In this document: positions 20,905 to 31,056 of the stretch, one piece after another
Numbering within the stretch: position 1 is the first letter of the stretch
Layout of the letters: the number at the start of each line of letters is the position of its first letter
From: an uncultured bacterium
GTDB taxonomy: Bacteria > Verrucomicrobiota > Verrucomicrobiia > Verrucomicrobiales > DEV007
Reading direction: 5' to 3'
Length of the DNA: 64,000 nt
Assembly: GCA_963977015.1 (NCBI GenBank)
Contig: CAXBMO010000021.1
Location: 32,001-96,000, forward strand
Notes under the pieces: generated by a model
What the model was told of the DNA's origin: nothing
Seen by the model: the letters and a program-made list of their open reading frames with translations, nothing else
Databases searched by the model: none
Translations under genes and position numbers: made by a program

Positions 20905-21512
20905 GTCAGCACTCCCTTCGATTCCATGCACTTGCGCAGCTGACCGCGAGCGCGATAGAGCAGGGTGCGAACCGCCCCGGCCGATTTGCCGATCACTCCC
21001 GCAATTTCCTCGGTCTTCTTCCGCTCCAGATAATGCAGCCGCACCGCCTCCGCCGCGCTTTCCTCCAGGCCGCCGAGACATTCACCCAACGCCTGACGCC
21101 GCAACCAGATCTCCTCATTCTTGCCGATCTCGTTCGCCTCCACGCCATCGAGACGCTCGATGACCGACTTCGCATACGCCTCGATCCGCCCTTTGTAGCG
21201 ATAGCGCTTGCGCAACTCCTCACGCACCATGTTCCGGGCAATCGCCTTGACCCATTTGCCGAATCCGCGACCGATTTCATACTGGTCGAGCGCCTGAAAC
21301 GCCCGCACGAAAACCTGCTGAACGACGTCCTCCCGCGCGCTGTAATCGATCAGCATCGCATTGACGATTTTGAGCACCTCACCCTGATAGCGAACCACGA
21401 TCTGGCGATACGCCTCCACGTCCCCCTTGCGAATCTGCGCAACGATCTCGTCGGTCGAGAAATCTGCAGCGTCGGGCTTCATGGACCACGATGGAATGGG
21501 AGACATGCTCAC
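20901..21512 (-). CDS. ECF-type sigma-70 factor
   Basis: EDVVQQVF..AF, FGKWVKAIARN (region 2); EEIAGVIGKSAGAVRTLLYRAR (region 4). Confidence 0.92.
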   Translation of the reverse strand: MSMSPIPSWSMKPDAADFSTDEIVAQIRKGDVEAYRQIVVRYQGEVLKIVNAMLIDYSAREDVVQQVFVRAFQALDQYEIGRGFGKWVKAIARNMVREELRKRYRYKGRIEAYAKSVIERLDGVEANEIGKNEEIWLRRQALGECLGGLEESAAEAVRLHYLERKKTEEIAGVIGKSAGAVRTLLYRARGQLRKCMESKGVLT

Positions 21513-21520
21513 TTAGGGCA

Positions 21521-21549
21521 CTATGCCGCTCGAACCTGATTGTCACAGG
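21521..21549 (-). promoter_or_regulatory. Putative ECF autoregulatory promoter CCTGTGACAAT-N10-CGGCATAG
   Basis: Second copy of the 14783-14811 motif, 8 nt upstream of GTG 21512. Confidence 0.7.
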
Positions 21550-21692
21550 CAAAATTCGGGAACGGGTTTGGTCCCGCGAAAAAGGGTCGCTTCCACGCAT
21601 CCGTTTTCGCCGATTTCCTCACACGATCCGTAAGCGAAAGTGATAGCTCGCCGCCTAATCAACGCTTAGCCTCAATTCTCCGCAAATCCTCC

Positions 21693-22730
21693 ATGTATCT
21701 CCAATCGATCTCCAGCGCCTTTCCTGAGTTTACCTACACGCAGGAAGACTGCTGGAACACGATCAAGGAATCCCCACTTTCCTCGCTGCTAAAGCCCCGC
21801 AGCCTCACCATTCTGGAAAAAATCCTGACCGGCGATTCCGGGATCGACGAGCGCCACTTTTGCCTCGAAAAACCGGAAGATGTCTTTCTGAAGGATGCCG
21901 GCCAGCTCAATCAAGAATTCGAGAGGTTTGCGCCGATGATCTCCGGCAACGCGCTCAACAGCGCGCTCGATCAGGCCGGCCTTCCCGCCACCGCAATCGA
22001 CGCCCTTTTCATCTGCACCTGCACCGGCTACATCTGCCCCGGCATTACCAGCCACCTCGCCGAACAACTCGGCATGCGCAGCGACGTCTACCTTCAGGAC
22101 CTCGTCGGACTCGGCTGCGGCGCCGCCATCCCGACCCTCCGCAGCGCCGAAGGCTACCTCAGTGCCAATCCGGACGCGACCGTCGCCGTCATCGCCGTCG
22201 AGATCTGCTCCGCCGCCTTTTACATGGATAACGACCCTGGTGTCCTCATCAGCCTCTGCTTGTTCGGCGATGGCGCCAGCGCCTCCATCTGGCGATCGCG
22301 CCCCAGCGACGACGGACCACAGCATCGCCTCCAGAACTTCCAAACCGTTCACAAGCCCGAGGATCGCGAGAAAATCCGCTTCGTGAACGCCGAAGGAAAG
22401 CTCAAAAACAAGCTGGATCGCTCCGTCCCCCAGCTCGCCGCCGAAACCGTCGGAGAACTCTTCCGCACCGCCAGTCACAACGGCGACATCGACCAGATCC
22501 TCGCCCATCCCGGTGGCCGCGACGTCATCGAAGCGATCGAAAGCACCCTCCCCGACTATCAGCTCCAGGAAAGCCGCCACGTTCTCCGCAACTACGGCAA
22601 CCTCAGCAGCCCCTCCGTCCTCGTCGCCCTTGAGCACCACCTCGCCAACGGCCATCCCCAGGACAACCTCTGGCTCACCTCATTCGGAGCCGGATTTGCC
22701 TGCCACTCGGCGGATTTTGTTCGCAGTTGA
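21693..22730 (+). CDS. Type III polyketide synthase (chalcone/stilbene synthase family)
   Basis: Cys-His-Asn triad in GLGCG, AHPGG and YGNLSS; LFGDGA and SFGAGF. Confidence 0.9.
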   Translation: MYLQSISSAFPEFTYTQEDCWNTIKESPLSSLLKPRSLTILEKILTGDSGIDERHFCLEKPEDVFLKDAGQLNQEFERFAPMISGNALNSALDQAGLPATAIDALFICTCTGYICPGITSHLAEQLGMRSDVYLQDLVGLGCGAAIPTLRSAEGYLSANPDATVAVIAVEICSAAFYMDNDPGVLISLCLFGDGASASIWRSRPSDDGPQHRLQNFQTVHKPEDREKIRFVNAEGKLKNKLDRSVPQLAAETVGELFRTASHNGDIDQILAHPGGRDVIEAIESTLPDYQLQESRHVLRNYGNLSSPSVLVALEHHLANGHPQDNLWLTSFGAGFACHSADFVRS

Positions 22731-22796
22731 AGAAGATTTGACCTTGGGAACGGAAGAAAAGCCGTCTCCGGAGAGCCGGAGGCTCATCCCGAAACT

Positions 22797-23124
22797 AGCC
22801 GGCGGTAAAGCGAAGCGGAACCACCGGATCAACGGCGAACCCGAGATGCGTCCCGGCAGGGACGCCAGAACCGTTCTCGCGCACCTTCCGGCGCGCCATG
22901 TTCTTTGCCGTCGGGGGCCCCGGGGTTTCACCCGCGCTAGGCTCGGTTGTCCCTCCGGGACGCTGTTTTGGACCCTTGTGGCGGATCGGGTGGCGGGTGA
23001 TTTTTCGAAACGTTCGTGACTTCCGCCACCGCTCCCCGTGTCTACAGATCTGACGTTCCAACCACTTTTGGTCTAGGGATCGTGGCGCTCGCAAGCGGGA
23101 GACGGAACCGTTCGCGGGCGCCAC
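22797..23124. repeat. Cluster of REP-like GC-rich palindromes
   Basis: GCGTCCC-GGCA-GGGACGC (22848-22865), GTCCC-TCC-GGGAC (22949-22961), GGTGGCGG...CCGCCACC (~22989-23030) and GTGGCGCTCGC...GCGGGCGCCAC (23082-23124) in a non-coding gap. Confidence 0.55.
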
Positions 23125-23184
23125 ACTCTGGAATGGGAAAAACCGGGTGGGATTCGTGCCAGGACGTGCTATCAGGTTAGCCCC

Positions 23185-24306
23185 ATGAGCACTGAACTCT
23201 TGCACGATCTTGATGAAGTCCTTCTCATGGGACCCGGCCCTTCGATGGTTCCCGAGTCGGTCTTGAAGGCGCTCGCGACGCCGACGCTGGGGCATCTCGA
23301 TCCCCAGTTCATCGAGTTGATGGATGAGATTCAGTCGATGCTGCGCGATTTGTTCCGCGCCGAAAGCGGGTTGTGTCTGCCGCTTTCCGGGACCGGTTCA
23401 GCCGGGATGGAGGCGACCTTCGTCAATCTCATCGAGCCGGGGGACCGGGTGCTGATCTTGAAGAACGGGGTGTTTGGAAACCGGATGGAGGATGTGGCAG
23501 GGCGTTTGCAGGCGGAGGTGGAGACGCTGGATTATGAGTGGGGGACGCCGGTGGTGCCGCAGGATTTGCGCGAGAAGTTGGCGAGTTCCGCACCCTACAA
23601 GATCGTGGCGATGGTGCATGCGGAGACGTCGACCGGAGTGGCAAATCCGGCCGAAGAGGTGGCGGAGATTTTGCGGGACAACCCGGCTCTGTATCTGCTG
23701 GATTGCGTGACGAGCCTCGGTGGAATGAATGTCGATGTGACCGAGTGGGGCGTGGATGCGGCCTACAGCGGAACGCAAAAGTGTCTTTCCTGCCCTCCCG
23801 GGTTGGCTCCGGTGTTCTTTTCCGACAAGGCGGTGGATGCGCTGCGCTCCCGTCAGTCGAAGGTGCCAAACTGGTATCTGGATGTGACGATGCTGCTGAG
23901 TTATTGGTCGGGCGAGAAGCGCGTGTATCATCACACGGCGCCGATCAACATGCTTTACGGGTTGTATGCGGCGCTGGATCTGGTGCTGACGGAGGGGCTG
24001 GATGCGTCGTTTGCCCGTCATCGCGCGGCACATCGGCAACTGGTGAACGGGCTGGATGCGATCGATCTGCAGATGCTGGTGGAGGAGAAATCTCGCTTGC
24101 CGATGTTGAATGCGGTGGTGGTGCCGGAGGGGATTGATGAAGCGGCGCTGCGAAAGCGGCTTCGCCAGGAGTTTCTGATCGAGATTGGCGCGGGTTTGGG
24201 TCCGTTGGCCGGGAAGATTTGGCGGATTGGCTTGATGGGGCATACCGCGAATCCGGAAAATGTGGATCGCGTGCTTGAGGCGCTGGAGAAATCTGTGTCA
24301 GAGTGA
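23185..24306 (+). CDS. Alanine-glyoxylate/serine-pyruvate aminotransferase family (class V)
   Basis: [38 protein letters not shown] (PLP lysine) and WRIGLMG. Confidence 0.92.
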   Translation: MSTELLHDLDEVLLMGPGPSMVPESVLKALATPTLGHLDPQFIELMDEIQSMLRDLFRAESGLCLPLSGTGSAGMEATFVNLIEPGDRVLILKNGVFGNRMEDVAGRLQAEVETLDYEWGTPVVPQDLREKLASSAPYKIVAMVHAETSTGVANPAEEVAEILRDNPALYLLDCVTSLGGMNVDVTEWGVDAAYSGTQKCLSCPPGLAPVFFSDKAVDALRSRQSKVPNWYLDVTMLLSYWSGEKRVYHHTAPINMLYGLYAALDLVLTEGLDASFARHRAAHRQLVNGLDAIDLQMLVEEKSRLPMLNAVVVPEGIDEAALRKRLRQEFLIEIGAGLGPLAGKIWRIGLMGHTANPENVDRVLEALEKSVSE

Positions 24307-24336
24307 GGCTTCAACCTTTGCCCCACCCCTGCCCTC

Positions 24337-25818
24337 ATGATTCCTTCGATTGCTCGAATTGCGATCCTCGCCCTGCTCTGCCAATGCGCCTTCGCGGAGA
24401 CTGAGCCGCCCAACATCGTCTTCCTGCTCGCCGACGACCAAAACTTCGATTCGCTCGGCTGTTATGGGAACGAGGATGTGCAAACGCCGAACATCGATGC
24501 GCTCGCAGCCCTTGGCATGGCGTTCGACAATCATTACGACACGACAGCGATCTGCATGGCGAGCCGGGCCAACATCCTGACCGGAATGTATGAGTACAAG
24601 ACGGGCTGCAACTTCAACTACGGCGATTTGCCGGAAAACCGGTGGCGCCAGTCCTACCCGGTGTTGCTGCGCGAGGCGGGTTACCTGACGGCTTTCGCGG
24701 GCAAAATCGGGATCGAGGTGGAGGGAATCGGGCTTCCGCAAAGCGACTTCGACGCGTGGGGCGCGGGTCCGGGCCAAACCCACTACCAAACGGCGAAGAA
24801 CCAATCGATCGCGAAGTATGCGAAGGAGTTTCCCCATTCCTCACGGGCCTACGGGGCGTTTGGGCGCGACTTCATCCAGCGCGCAGCCAAGGAGGAGAAG
24901 CCCTTTTGCCTTTCCATCAGCTTTAAGGCGCCGCACATGCCGAAGACTCCGGACTCCGAGTTTGATCACGTGTATGCGGGCAAGGTGTTCAAGAAACCGG
25001 CGAACTACGGCCGCGAATTCAGCGAACATTTTTCCGAGCAAAGCAGGCAGGGTCGCCAGTATGAGCGGTTTCACAGTTGGGGCTATGCGGACAAGTACGA
25101 TGAGAAGATGCGGCTCTATCATCAGCAGATTTACGGAATCGATGTCGCGGTCGGGATGATTGCCGAGGCGCTGAAAACGGCGGGAGTCGCCGAGAACACG
25201 GTGGTGATCTACACCTCGGACAACGGCTTCTTTTGCGGGGCGCATGGCTATGGCTCCAAGGTCTTGCCGTATGAGGAAGGCTCGCGCGTGCCGCTCATTA
25301 TCGCGGATCCGCGGAAGCCGGCCACGCACGGAAAACGATCCGGTTCGTTGACCGGGAACATCGATTTCGCGCCGACGATCCTGACGCTGGCGGGACTGGC
25401 CGCGCCCGAAAACGTGGACGGCGTGTCTCTGCTGCCGCTTCTGGAGAATCCGGAGGCGGAGGTGCGCGAGACGCTGCAGTTGATGAACTTCTGGGGACCA
25501 CCGGAAACCCATTCGTTCGGAATCGTGAGCCGCGATTGGAAGTATGTGAACTGGTCGTATGGCGGAAATGGCCTGACGCCCACCGAAGAGCTCTACGATA
25601 TGCGGCGCGACAAGCTGGAGTTGACCAACGCGGCGCTGAATCCGGAGAAACGTCCCGCCTTGGAACTAATGCGCACGCACTACGACGCAGCGGTTTCGCA
25701 GATTGAAGCCAACGCGGTGCGCCCCGCCCACGCCAAATACGGAACCCTTTTCGACCGCCACCAACCCTGGGACGCGAAATCACACTTGCTCGGCAAGAAG
25801 AAGTCCCGAAAGGAGTAG
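24337..25818 (+). CDS. Sulfatase (formylglycine-dependent), exported
   Basis: [23 protein letters not shown] and SDNG motifs; signal peptide. Confidence 0.9.
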   Translation: MIPSIARIAILALLCQCAFAETEPPNIVFLLADDQNFDSLGCYGNEDVQTPNIDALAALGMAFDNHYDTTAICMASRANILTGMYEYKTGCNFNYGDLPENRWRQSYPVLLREAGYLTAFAGKIGIEVEGIGLPQSDFDAWGAGPGQTHYQTAKNQSIAKYAKEFPHSSRAYGAFGRDFIQRAAKEEKPFCLSISFKAPHMPKTPDSEFDHVYAGKVFKKPANYGREFSEHFSEQSRQGRQYERFHSWGYADKYDEKMRLYHQQIYGIDVAVGMIAEALKTAGVAENTVVIYTSDNGFFCGAHGYGSKVLPYEEGSRVPLIIADPRKPATHGKRSGSLTGNIDFAPTILTLAGLAAPENVDGVSLLPLLENPEAEVRETLQLMNFWGPPETHSFGIVSRDWKYVNWSYGGNGLTPTEELYDMRRDKLELTNAALNPEKRPALELMRTHYDAAVSQIEANAVRPAHAKYGTLFDRHQPWDAKSHLLGKKKSRKE

Positions 25819-25909
25819 TCGCCTGCGGTGGCGAGCTCCGCAAAGAGGAGTTCAAGCAGGAGCACTTCGATCACCCCGGCGCGATCCGAACCTGATCGGT
25901 CGTTTGGGA

Positions 25910-26755
25910 CTATTCTCCTTTTTGGAGAAGCTGGGGCGCGAATTTCGCGACCACGACGGCGGCGATGAGCATGAGGACGAGCGAAACGTAACCGAGAATC
26001 AAACCGGTCAGGATTTTGCCTTTCCCTTGATCACCTTCCTCCTCGGAATTCATCCGAATCAAGGCGATGTGGCCCATGATGATCGCGGCAGGCCCGAAGA
26101 GAAGCGAACCAAAGCACCAGAACGTCACGAACGAGACGATGCCGGAAATCAGCGTCAGCAACGGCAGGGGTCCCGGCTTTCCACCTTCATCGTCGCTGGT
26201 TGACGGAGCGGGTTGAGCCGGAGGATTTGGCCCTGGAGGTTGCGCGGCGGGAGGCAACGGGGCCGCAGGCGCAGCGGGTGGCGCCGGATCAGCTTGCGGC
26301 ATCCCATAGGGACTTTGGGTCGGAGCCTGAGGCATTGGCGAGGAACCAGGTGTGCCGGTCGGAAGCGGACTGCCCGATCCCGGCAACGGTCCCCCTTGCG
26401 GCAAACCGCCGTGCCCGGGCAACGGTTGTTGCGGTGCAGGCTGCTGGGGATAAGGTTGTTGCGGCGATTGCGCCGGAGCCGATGGGGCGTATCCCGGCGG
26501 AGGCGGCACCGCGCTCGGCGGAGCTGGCAACGGCTGCTGTGGCGGAGTCGGCTGCGTTCCCGAATGCGCCAGACCGTCATTCGCCGTGGGAAGATGCCCA
26601 AACCCGCCATCCGGAGCAGCGGGCGCTGAACCCGGCTTGGGCGGAAACTCGATCTTTGAGCTGCAAATCGGACACTGAACCGAGGTTCCATAGAAAGTCT
26701 CATCTCCGGAGACCTTCTGTCCACATTTGGGGCATGCTACTTTCAGTTCGGCCAT
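25910..26755 (-). CDS. Zn-ribbon, Pro-rich, DUF4190-like membrane protein
   Basis: CPKC...CPIC at the N-terminus, Pro/Gln/Ala-rich linker, AIIMGHIAL...GKGKILTGLILGY. Confidence 0.75.
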   Translation of the reverse strand: MAELKVACPKCGQKVSGDETFYGTSVQCPICSSKIEFPPKPGSAPAAPDGGFGHLPTANDGLAHSGTQPTPPQQPLPAPPSAVPPPPGYAPSAPAQSPQQPYPQQPAPQQPLPGHGGLPQGGPLPGSGSPLPTGTPGSSPMPQAPTQSPYGMPQADPAPPAAPAAPLPPAAQPPGPNPPAQPAPSTSDDEGGKPGPLPLLTLISGIVSFVTFWCFGSLLFGPAAIIMGHIALIRMNSEEEGDQGKGKILTGLILGYVSLVLMLIAAVVVAKFAPQLLQKGE

Positions 26756-26992
26756 GACAGGACGGGATCATGAGCGAGGAATCCGGTAAGAATCCAGCGG
26801 AAAGTTAAGAAAACCGATGAATCTGGGGAGAAAGGCAAAATCGACACCTCAGGGTGATCGCCCACCCATCCTTTGACCGACCCAAATGCCAATCAGAAGT
26901 CGATCGATCCCACGCGTCAACTCCGGCACGGTCTGGAAATGAGGGAAAGATAACACTTTGAGACGGGCCAACCTCCCCATATCGTCTTGCGA

Positions 26993-28225
26993 ATGCTTGC
27001 GTCCTCCCGTTTCTCTTTTCTTCAATGGCCGTTGGTCGCATTCTCAGATTCGGTCGTTCGAGTCCCTGAAGACGCCCTTCTCACCGACCACCTCTCCAAA
27101 TCCCGCTTTTCCGTTCGTCTTCTCCGCTACTGGTGGGCGGCGCAGGCGATCCGTCAGGAAGCCAAAAGCCGGGACACGCCCCTCACGATCGTCGACTATG
27201 GTTCCGGCAGAGGCTGGTTGAAGAGGTTCGTGGGAAACGATGTCGATGCCAAATGGATCGCGATCGATTGGAACCCGGAAACGGAACTGCTCGAGCGCGC
27301 GGGCTATGACGAAATTCTCCACGCCAACTTTGACCACCCGCTTCCGATCGAGCCGGGATCCGTTGATGTCGTCTCGTCCCTCCACGTTTTCGAGCATTTG
27401 CCGCGCCCGGCCTTTTCCCTCACGCAGATCGAGGACGTTCTCGCCCCGGGCGGCTGCCTGCTTGCCACGACGCCGACCATGCCGCATTTCCTCGCCTCCT
27501 GGCGTCAGGCCATATTCAGACGGCGCCTCGCCGACGGACGCATCTCGCGTGGCGGCCATATCAATTGTCTCTCGCCGTCCCGGTGGCGCGATCTCGCTGG
27601 AGACTGCGGCCTGACGATGGAGTTCATCACCGGTTCCCATCTCATGCGCAACACGGGCAATCCGCTGGAAAGCCTGCGCTCCTGGATTCGCTTCAATCAA
27701 CTTTGGGCCGCGTTATTTCCCTCCCTCGGGTCAGAGGTTTGTCTCCGCGCGAGAAAACCGGTTGCTCATGAGGATCTCGAAAAGTGGAACCGCCAGAAGC
27801 TGGTCAAAACCAAGCGCCGGCCGGAAATCGCGATCAGCATCGTCACGACCGTGATTGCGCTGGTGGTCGCCGCATTCCTGATCGTCACCAACACCAGCCA
27901 GGCCAAAGCCCGCGTCGATAGCATCCTCATCAAGCAGCTCCAAATGGGCGCGGGACACCTGTTGTTGATCCATCACCCCCTTCTCGAAAACTTCGAGAAG
28001 CACACCAACGCGACGATTATTGCGTCTGCTGCCGACATTCCCGGCGCGTTGGCCACCCTCCCCCAGGACACCCACATCGTGCTGCACGAAGACCACCTTG
28101 AGGCTCTGATGCCGAGCGCGAGCAACTACGTTGTCGACTCCCGAATCGATGTGGATGACGACGATTTCTACCTCATTCGCAAAGGCACCAACGGAACGGC
28201 GCTCGATCACTTTTTGTCCAAATAG
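26993..28225 (+). CDS. Class I SAM-dependent methyltransferase with C-terminal TM and extra domain
   Basis: IVDYGSGRG motif I, HVFEHLPRP and LAPGG; hydrophobic helix near residue 290. Start uncertain. Confidence 0.75.
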   Translation: MLASSRFSFLQWPLVAFSDSVVRVPEDALLTDHLSKSRFSVRLLRYWWAAQAIRQEAKSRDTPLTIVDYGSGRGWLKRFVGNDVDAKWIAIDWNPETELLERAGYDEILHANFDHPLPIEPGSVDVVSSLHVFEHLPRPAFSLTQIEDVLAPGGCLLATTPTMPHFLASWRQAIFRRRLADGRISRGGHINCLSPSRWRDLAGDCGLTMEFITGSHLMRNTGNPLESLRSWIRFNQLWAALFPSLGSEVCLRARKPVAHEDLEKWNRQKLVKTKRRPEIAISIVTTVIALVVAAFLIVTNTSQAKARVDSILIKQLQMGAGHLLLIHHPLLENFEKHTNATIIASAADIPGALATLPQDTHIVLHEDHLEALMPSASNYVVDSRIDVDDDDFYLIRKGTNGTALDHFLSK

Positions 28226-28319
28226 CGTCTCGCAAACACCCCATTCCCTTTGGGGGACAACTCAAACCGCAGGATTGGACAGCGGCCCGGAGTCGTGGTT
28301 ACTTACGGTTTCCCCTCAC

Positions 28320-28853
28320 ATGGTTCCACGCAATATCATTCTGATCGGCTTCATGGGCACCGGCAAATCGACGGTCGGCCAGAAAATCGCAGACAGCCTC
28401 GACTTTGAGTTTGTGGATACGGATTCGCTGGTGGTGGAAATGGCTGGCAAACCAATCACTCAAATCTTCGAGGAGCAGGGAGAACCGGCCTTCCGGGATC
28501 TGGAAACGAAGGCGCTGGAGCAGGCTGCGGACGGTCAGCACCGGGTGATTTCGACCGGCGGAGGAATCATCCTGCGAAGCGAAAATCGGGCGCTGCTGCA
28601 CGGTCACGGTTTTTGCGTGTGGCTGCGGGCCAAGCCGGAAACCGTCTACGAGCGAACCTGCGCAAACAACGAGCGTCCCCTGCTTCAGGGCGAATCTCCG
28701 CGGGATACGATCGAACGCCTCCTCGCCGAACGCGATTCGCTCTACCGCCAGACCGCCCATTTCAACGTCCGGACCGACGATTTGGTGGTGGAAGATATTT
28801 CCTACGGGATCTGCGAAAGCGCGTCGGTGTTCTTTCAGAAACAGGACGGCTAG
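28320..28853 (+). CDS. aroK: Shikimate kinase
   Basis: NIILIGFMGTGKSTVG, FVDTD, ISTGGG, RPLL and ER..LY. Confidence 0.95.
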   Translation: MVPRNIILIGFMGTGKSTVGQKIADSLDFEFVDTDSLVVEMAGKPITQIFEEQGEPAFRDLETKALEQAADGQHRVISTGGGIILRSENRALLHGHGFCVWLRAKPETVYERTCANNERPLLQGESPRDTIERLLAERDSLYRQTAHFNVRTDDLVVEDISYGICESASVFFQKQDG

Positions 28854-28866
28854 CGAGCGATCGATC

Positions 28867-29904
28867 ATGGCTGAGCCCACGGAATTGAGGTCCCAGATTC
28901 GCGAGATTGCCGAGCGCCTGGGCTTTGACGATTGCCGCATCGCGTCGGCCAACGAAGCCGCGCACGCCGAGGAATTCCGTCAATGGGTCGCCGACGAATG
29001 CTATGGCGACATGGCGTGGATGGCTAAAAACGTGGATCGCCGCACCACGCCGCAGAACGTCCTGCCCGGCGCAAAATCGACCATCGTCCTCGCCATGAAC
29101 TACCTGGTCGAGGGCAAGGCGCAAACGCGCGGCAAGTTTGCCCGTTACGCATGGGGCAGCGACTACCACGACCTCATCGAGAAGAAGCTGAAGGAGTTCA
29201 ACGCGGAGCTGGAGGCGATCGGTGGGAAGCAGCGCTACTACGTCGACACCGGTCCGGTCCTCGAACGCGATTTCGCCTCCGAATCCGGTCTCGGCTGGAA
29301 CGGCAAGTCGACCGTCCAGATTCATCGCCAACTCGGCACCTGGTTCTTCCTCGCCGACATCTTCACCACGCTCGACATCGCGAAAGATGAGCCGTTTGGC
29401 GACCACTGCGGAAAGTGTACCCGCTGCATCGACGCCTGCCCGACCGACGCCATCACCGAGCCACATCGTGTCGATGCGCGCCGCTGCATTTCCTACCTCA
29501 CGATCGAGCACCGCGGAACGATTCCGGAAGAATTCCGCCGCGCCATGGGCGACCGCATCTATGGCTGCGACGACTGCCTCGCCGCCTGTCCCTGGAACCG
29601 TTTCGCCCAGCAATCCCACGAAGCGCACTTCGCCGCGCGCGAATTCGTTACGGATTGGGATTTGCGCGACTTCCTCGAGCTCGACGACGAAGGCTTTCGC
29701 CAACTTTTCCGCAAGAGCCCGGTCAAACGCACCAAGCGCCGCGGCTTCCTCCGCAACGTCTGCGTCGCGTTAGGCAACGTCGGAACCCCCGAGGATCTCC
29801 CTGCCCTCGAACGCGCCGCTCAGGATCCCGAGCCGCTCATCGCCGAACACGCGGAATGGGCCATCGCCGAAATTCGAGAGCGCGAATTCGCATCGTTAGT
29901 CTGA
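28867..29904 (+). CDS. queG: tRNA epoxyqueuosine(34) reductase
   Basis: ARYAWG.DYH, VDTGPVLER, CGKCTRCIDACPT, CISYLTIE and GCDDCLAACPWN. Confidence 0.95.
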   Translation: MAEPTELRSQIREIAERLGFDDCRIASANEAAHAEEFRQWVADECYGDMAWMAKNVDRRTTPQNVLPGAKSTIVLAMNYLVEGKAQTRGKFARYAWGSDYHDLIEKKLKEFNAELEAIGGKQRYYVDTGPVLERDFASESGLGWNGKSTVQIHRQLGTWFFLADIFTTLDIAKDEPFGDHCGKCTRCIDACPTDAITEPHRVDARRCISYLTIEHRGTIPEEFRRAMGDRIYGCDDCLAACPWNRFAQQSHEAHFAAREFVTDWDLRDFLELDDEGFRQLFRKSPVKRTKRRGFLRNVCVALGNVGTPEDLPALERAAQDPEPLIAEHAEWAIAEIREREFASLV

Positions 29905-30005
29905 AAGCAAAGCCGAAACCCAAAATCCTGGCATCCGCACAAAGCAATCAAACCTGATGGCGTTGCGAACCGACTCGCAATGGCTTTTCCAGAGGACAAA
30001 TCAGC

Positions 30006-30911
30006 TCAGGCCTTAACCTGAGCCATCGCCTTTTCCAGCGCCTCGCGCGACGCATTCAGCCCCGCAAATCCGCCGAACTCGATCCCGCAATACCCGCTGA
30101 AGCCGGAATCGACCACGATTTGAAGCATCTTGGCGAAATCGATCTGCACGGAGTTCGCCTCGTCATCCCAACCGCGATCCTTCACCGAAACGCCTTTGGC
30201 GAAGGGCAATAGCTCCTCGATCCCGCGATAGGAATCGTAGCTCTCGCCGTCCCGGATCTTGAAATTCCCGAAGTCCGGCAATGTCCCGCAGCGCTCATGC
30301 CCGACGGTCTGAATCACTTCCACAAGCCACTTCGCGTTGCTGGAAAGCCCGCCGTGATTCTCGACAATCACGTTCATGTCGGACGCCGCGCCAATCTCTG
30401 TCAGCTTGGCCAGCCCATCCGCCGCCAATTTCACCTGCTCCTGCCACGTTCCCGAACTCCCCGCGTTCACCCGGATCGAGTGACACCCGAGAAACTTCGC
30501 CGCATCGATCCACTTCTTATGGTTCTCCACCGTCTGCGCCCGCTTCGCCGTATCGGGATCGCCGATATTCCCTTCCCGATCACACATGATCAGCAAACTC
30601 TTCACGCCCAGATCTTCGGCCCGCTTCTTCATCTCACCGAGATAGGCCTCGTCCTTCGCCTTATCCATGAAGAACTGGTTCACGTATTCCAGCGCGAAGA
30701 TCCCGTGATCGCTCGCCACTTTCGCGAAATCCAGATTATCCATCTTCCCGCCCTTCAACTCCTGAACCAGGGTCCACTGTGCCAGCGAGATCTTGAGCGG
30801 CGGCTCGGAAGCTTTTTTCTCAGCAAACGCGGGTGAAGACGTAGCCATGGCGGTGAGAGCGGCGGTTTTGAGGAAGTTCCGGCGAGTAGGGGTTTCAATG
30901 CGTGGGATCAT
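30006..30911 (-). CDS. Tat-exported sugar phosphate isomerase/epimerase (TIM barrel)
   Basis: TRRNFL Tat motif; LGCHSIRVN, ENHGG, LPDFGNF and GYCGIE. Confidence 0.85.
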   Translation of the reverse strand: MIPRIETPTRRNFLKTAALTAMATSSPAFAEKKASEPPLKISLAQWTLVQELKGGKMDNLDFAKVASDHGIFALEYVNQFFMDKAKDEAYLGEMKKRAEDLGVKSLLIMCDREGNIGDPDTAKRAQTVENHKKWIDAAKFLGCHSIRVNAGSSGTWQEQVKLAADGLAKLTEIGAASDMNVIVENHGGLSSNAKWLVEVIQTVGHERCGTLPDFGNFKIRDGESYDSYRGIEELLPFAKGVSVKDRGWDDEANSVQIDFAKMLQIVVDSGFSGYCGIEFGGFAGLNASREALEKAMAQVKA

Positions 30912-31056
30912 GAACCTACAGAGGCCAGAACTCACCGCAATTCCAAGGAAAAATGCGCGCAGGTTTCGGTCCCGCGTCACAACGGCCTCGGGGAATTCGT
31001 TGACGAACCCTAACTTTATGCAATCATCAAGCTCTTTTGCGCCTTCCTGTTCCCAA

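Noticed and set aside
26190-26650. Repetitive GC-rich tract as a DNA repeat or CRISPR array
   Set aside because: Explained by a Pro/Gln/Ala-rich coding linker; no constant repeat-spacer period here or elsewhere in the window.
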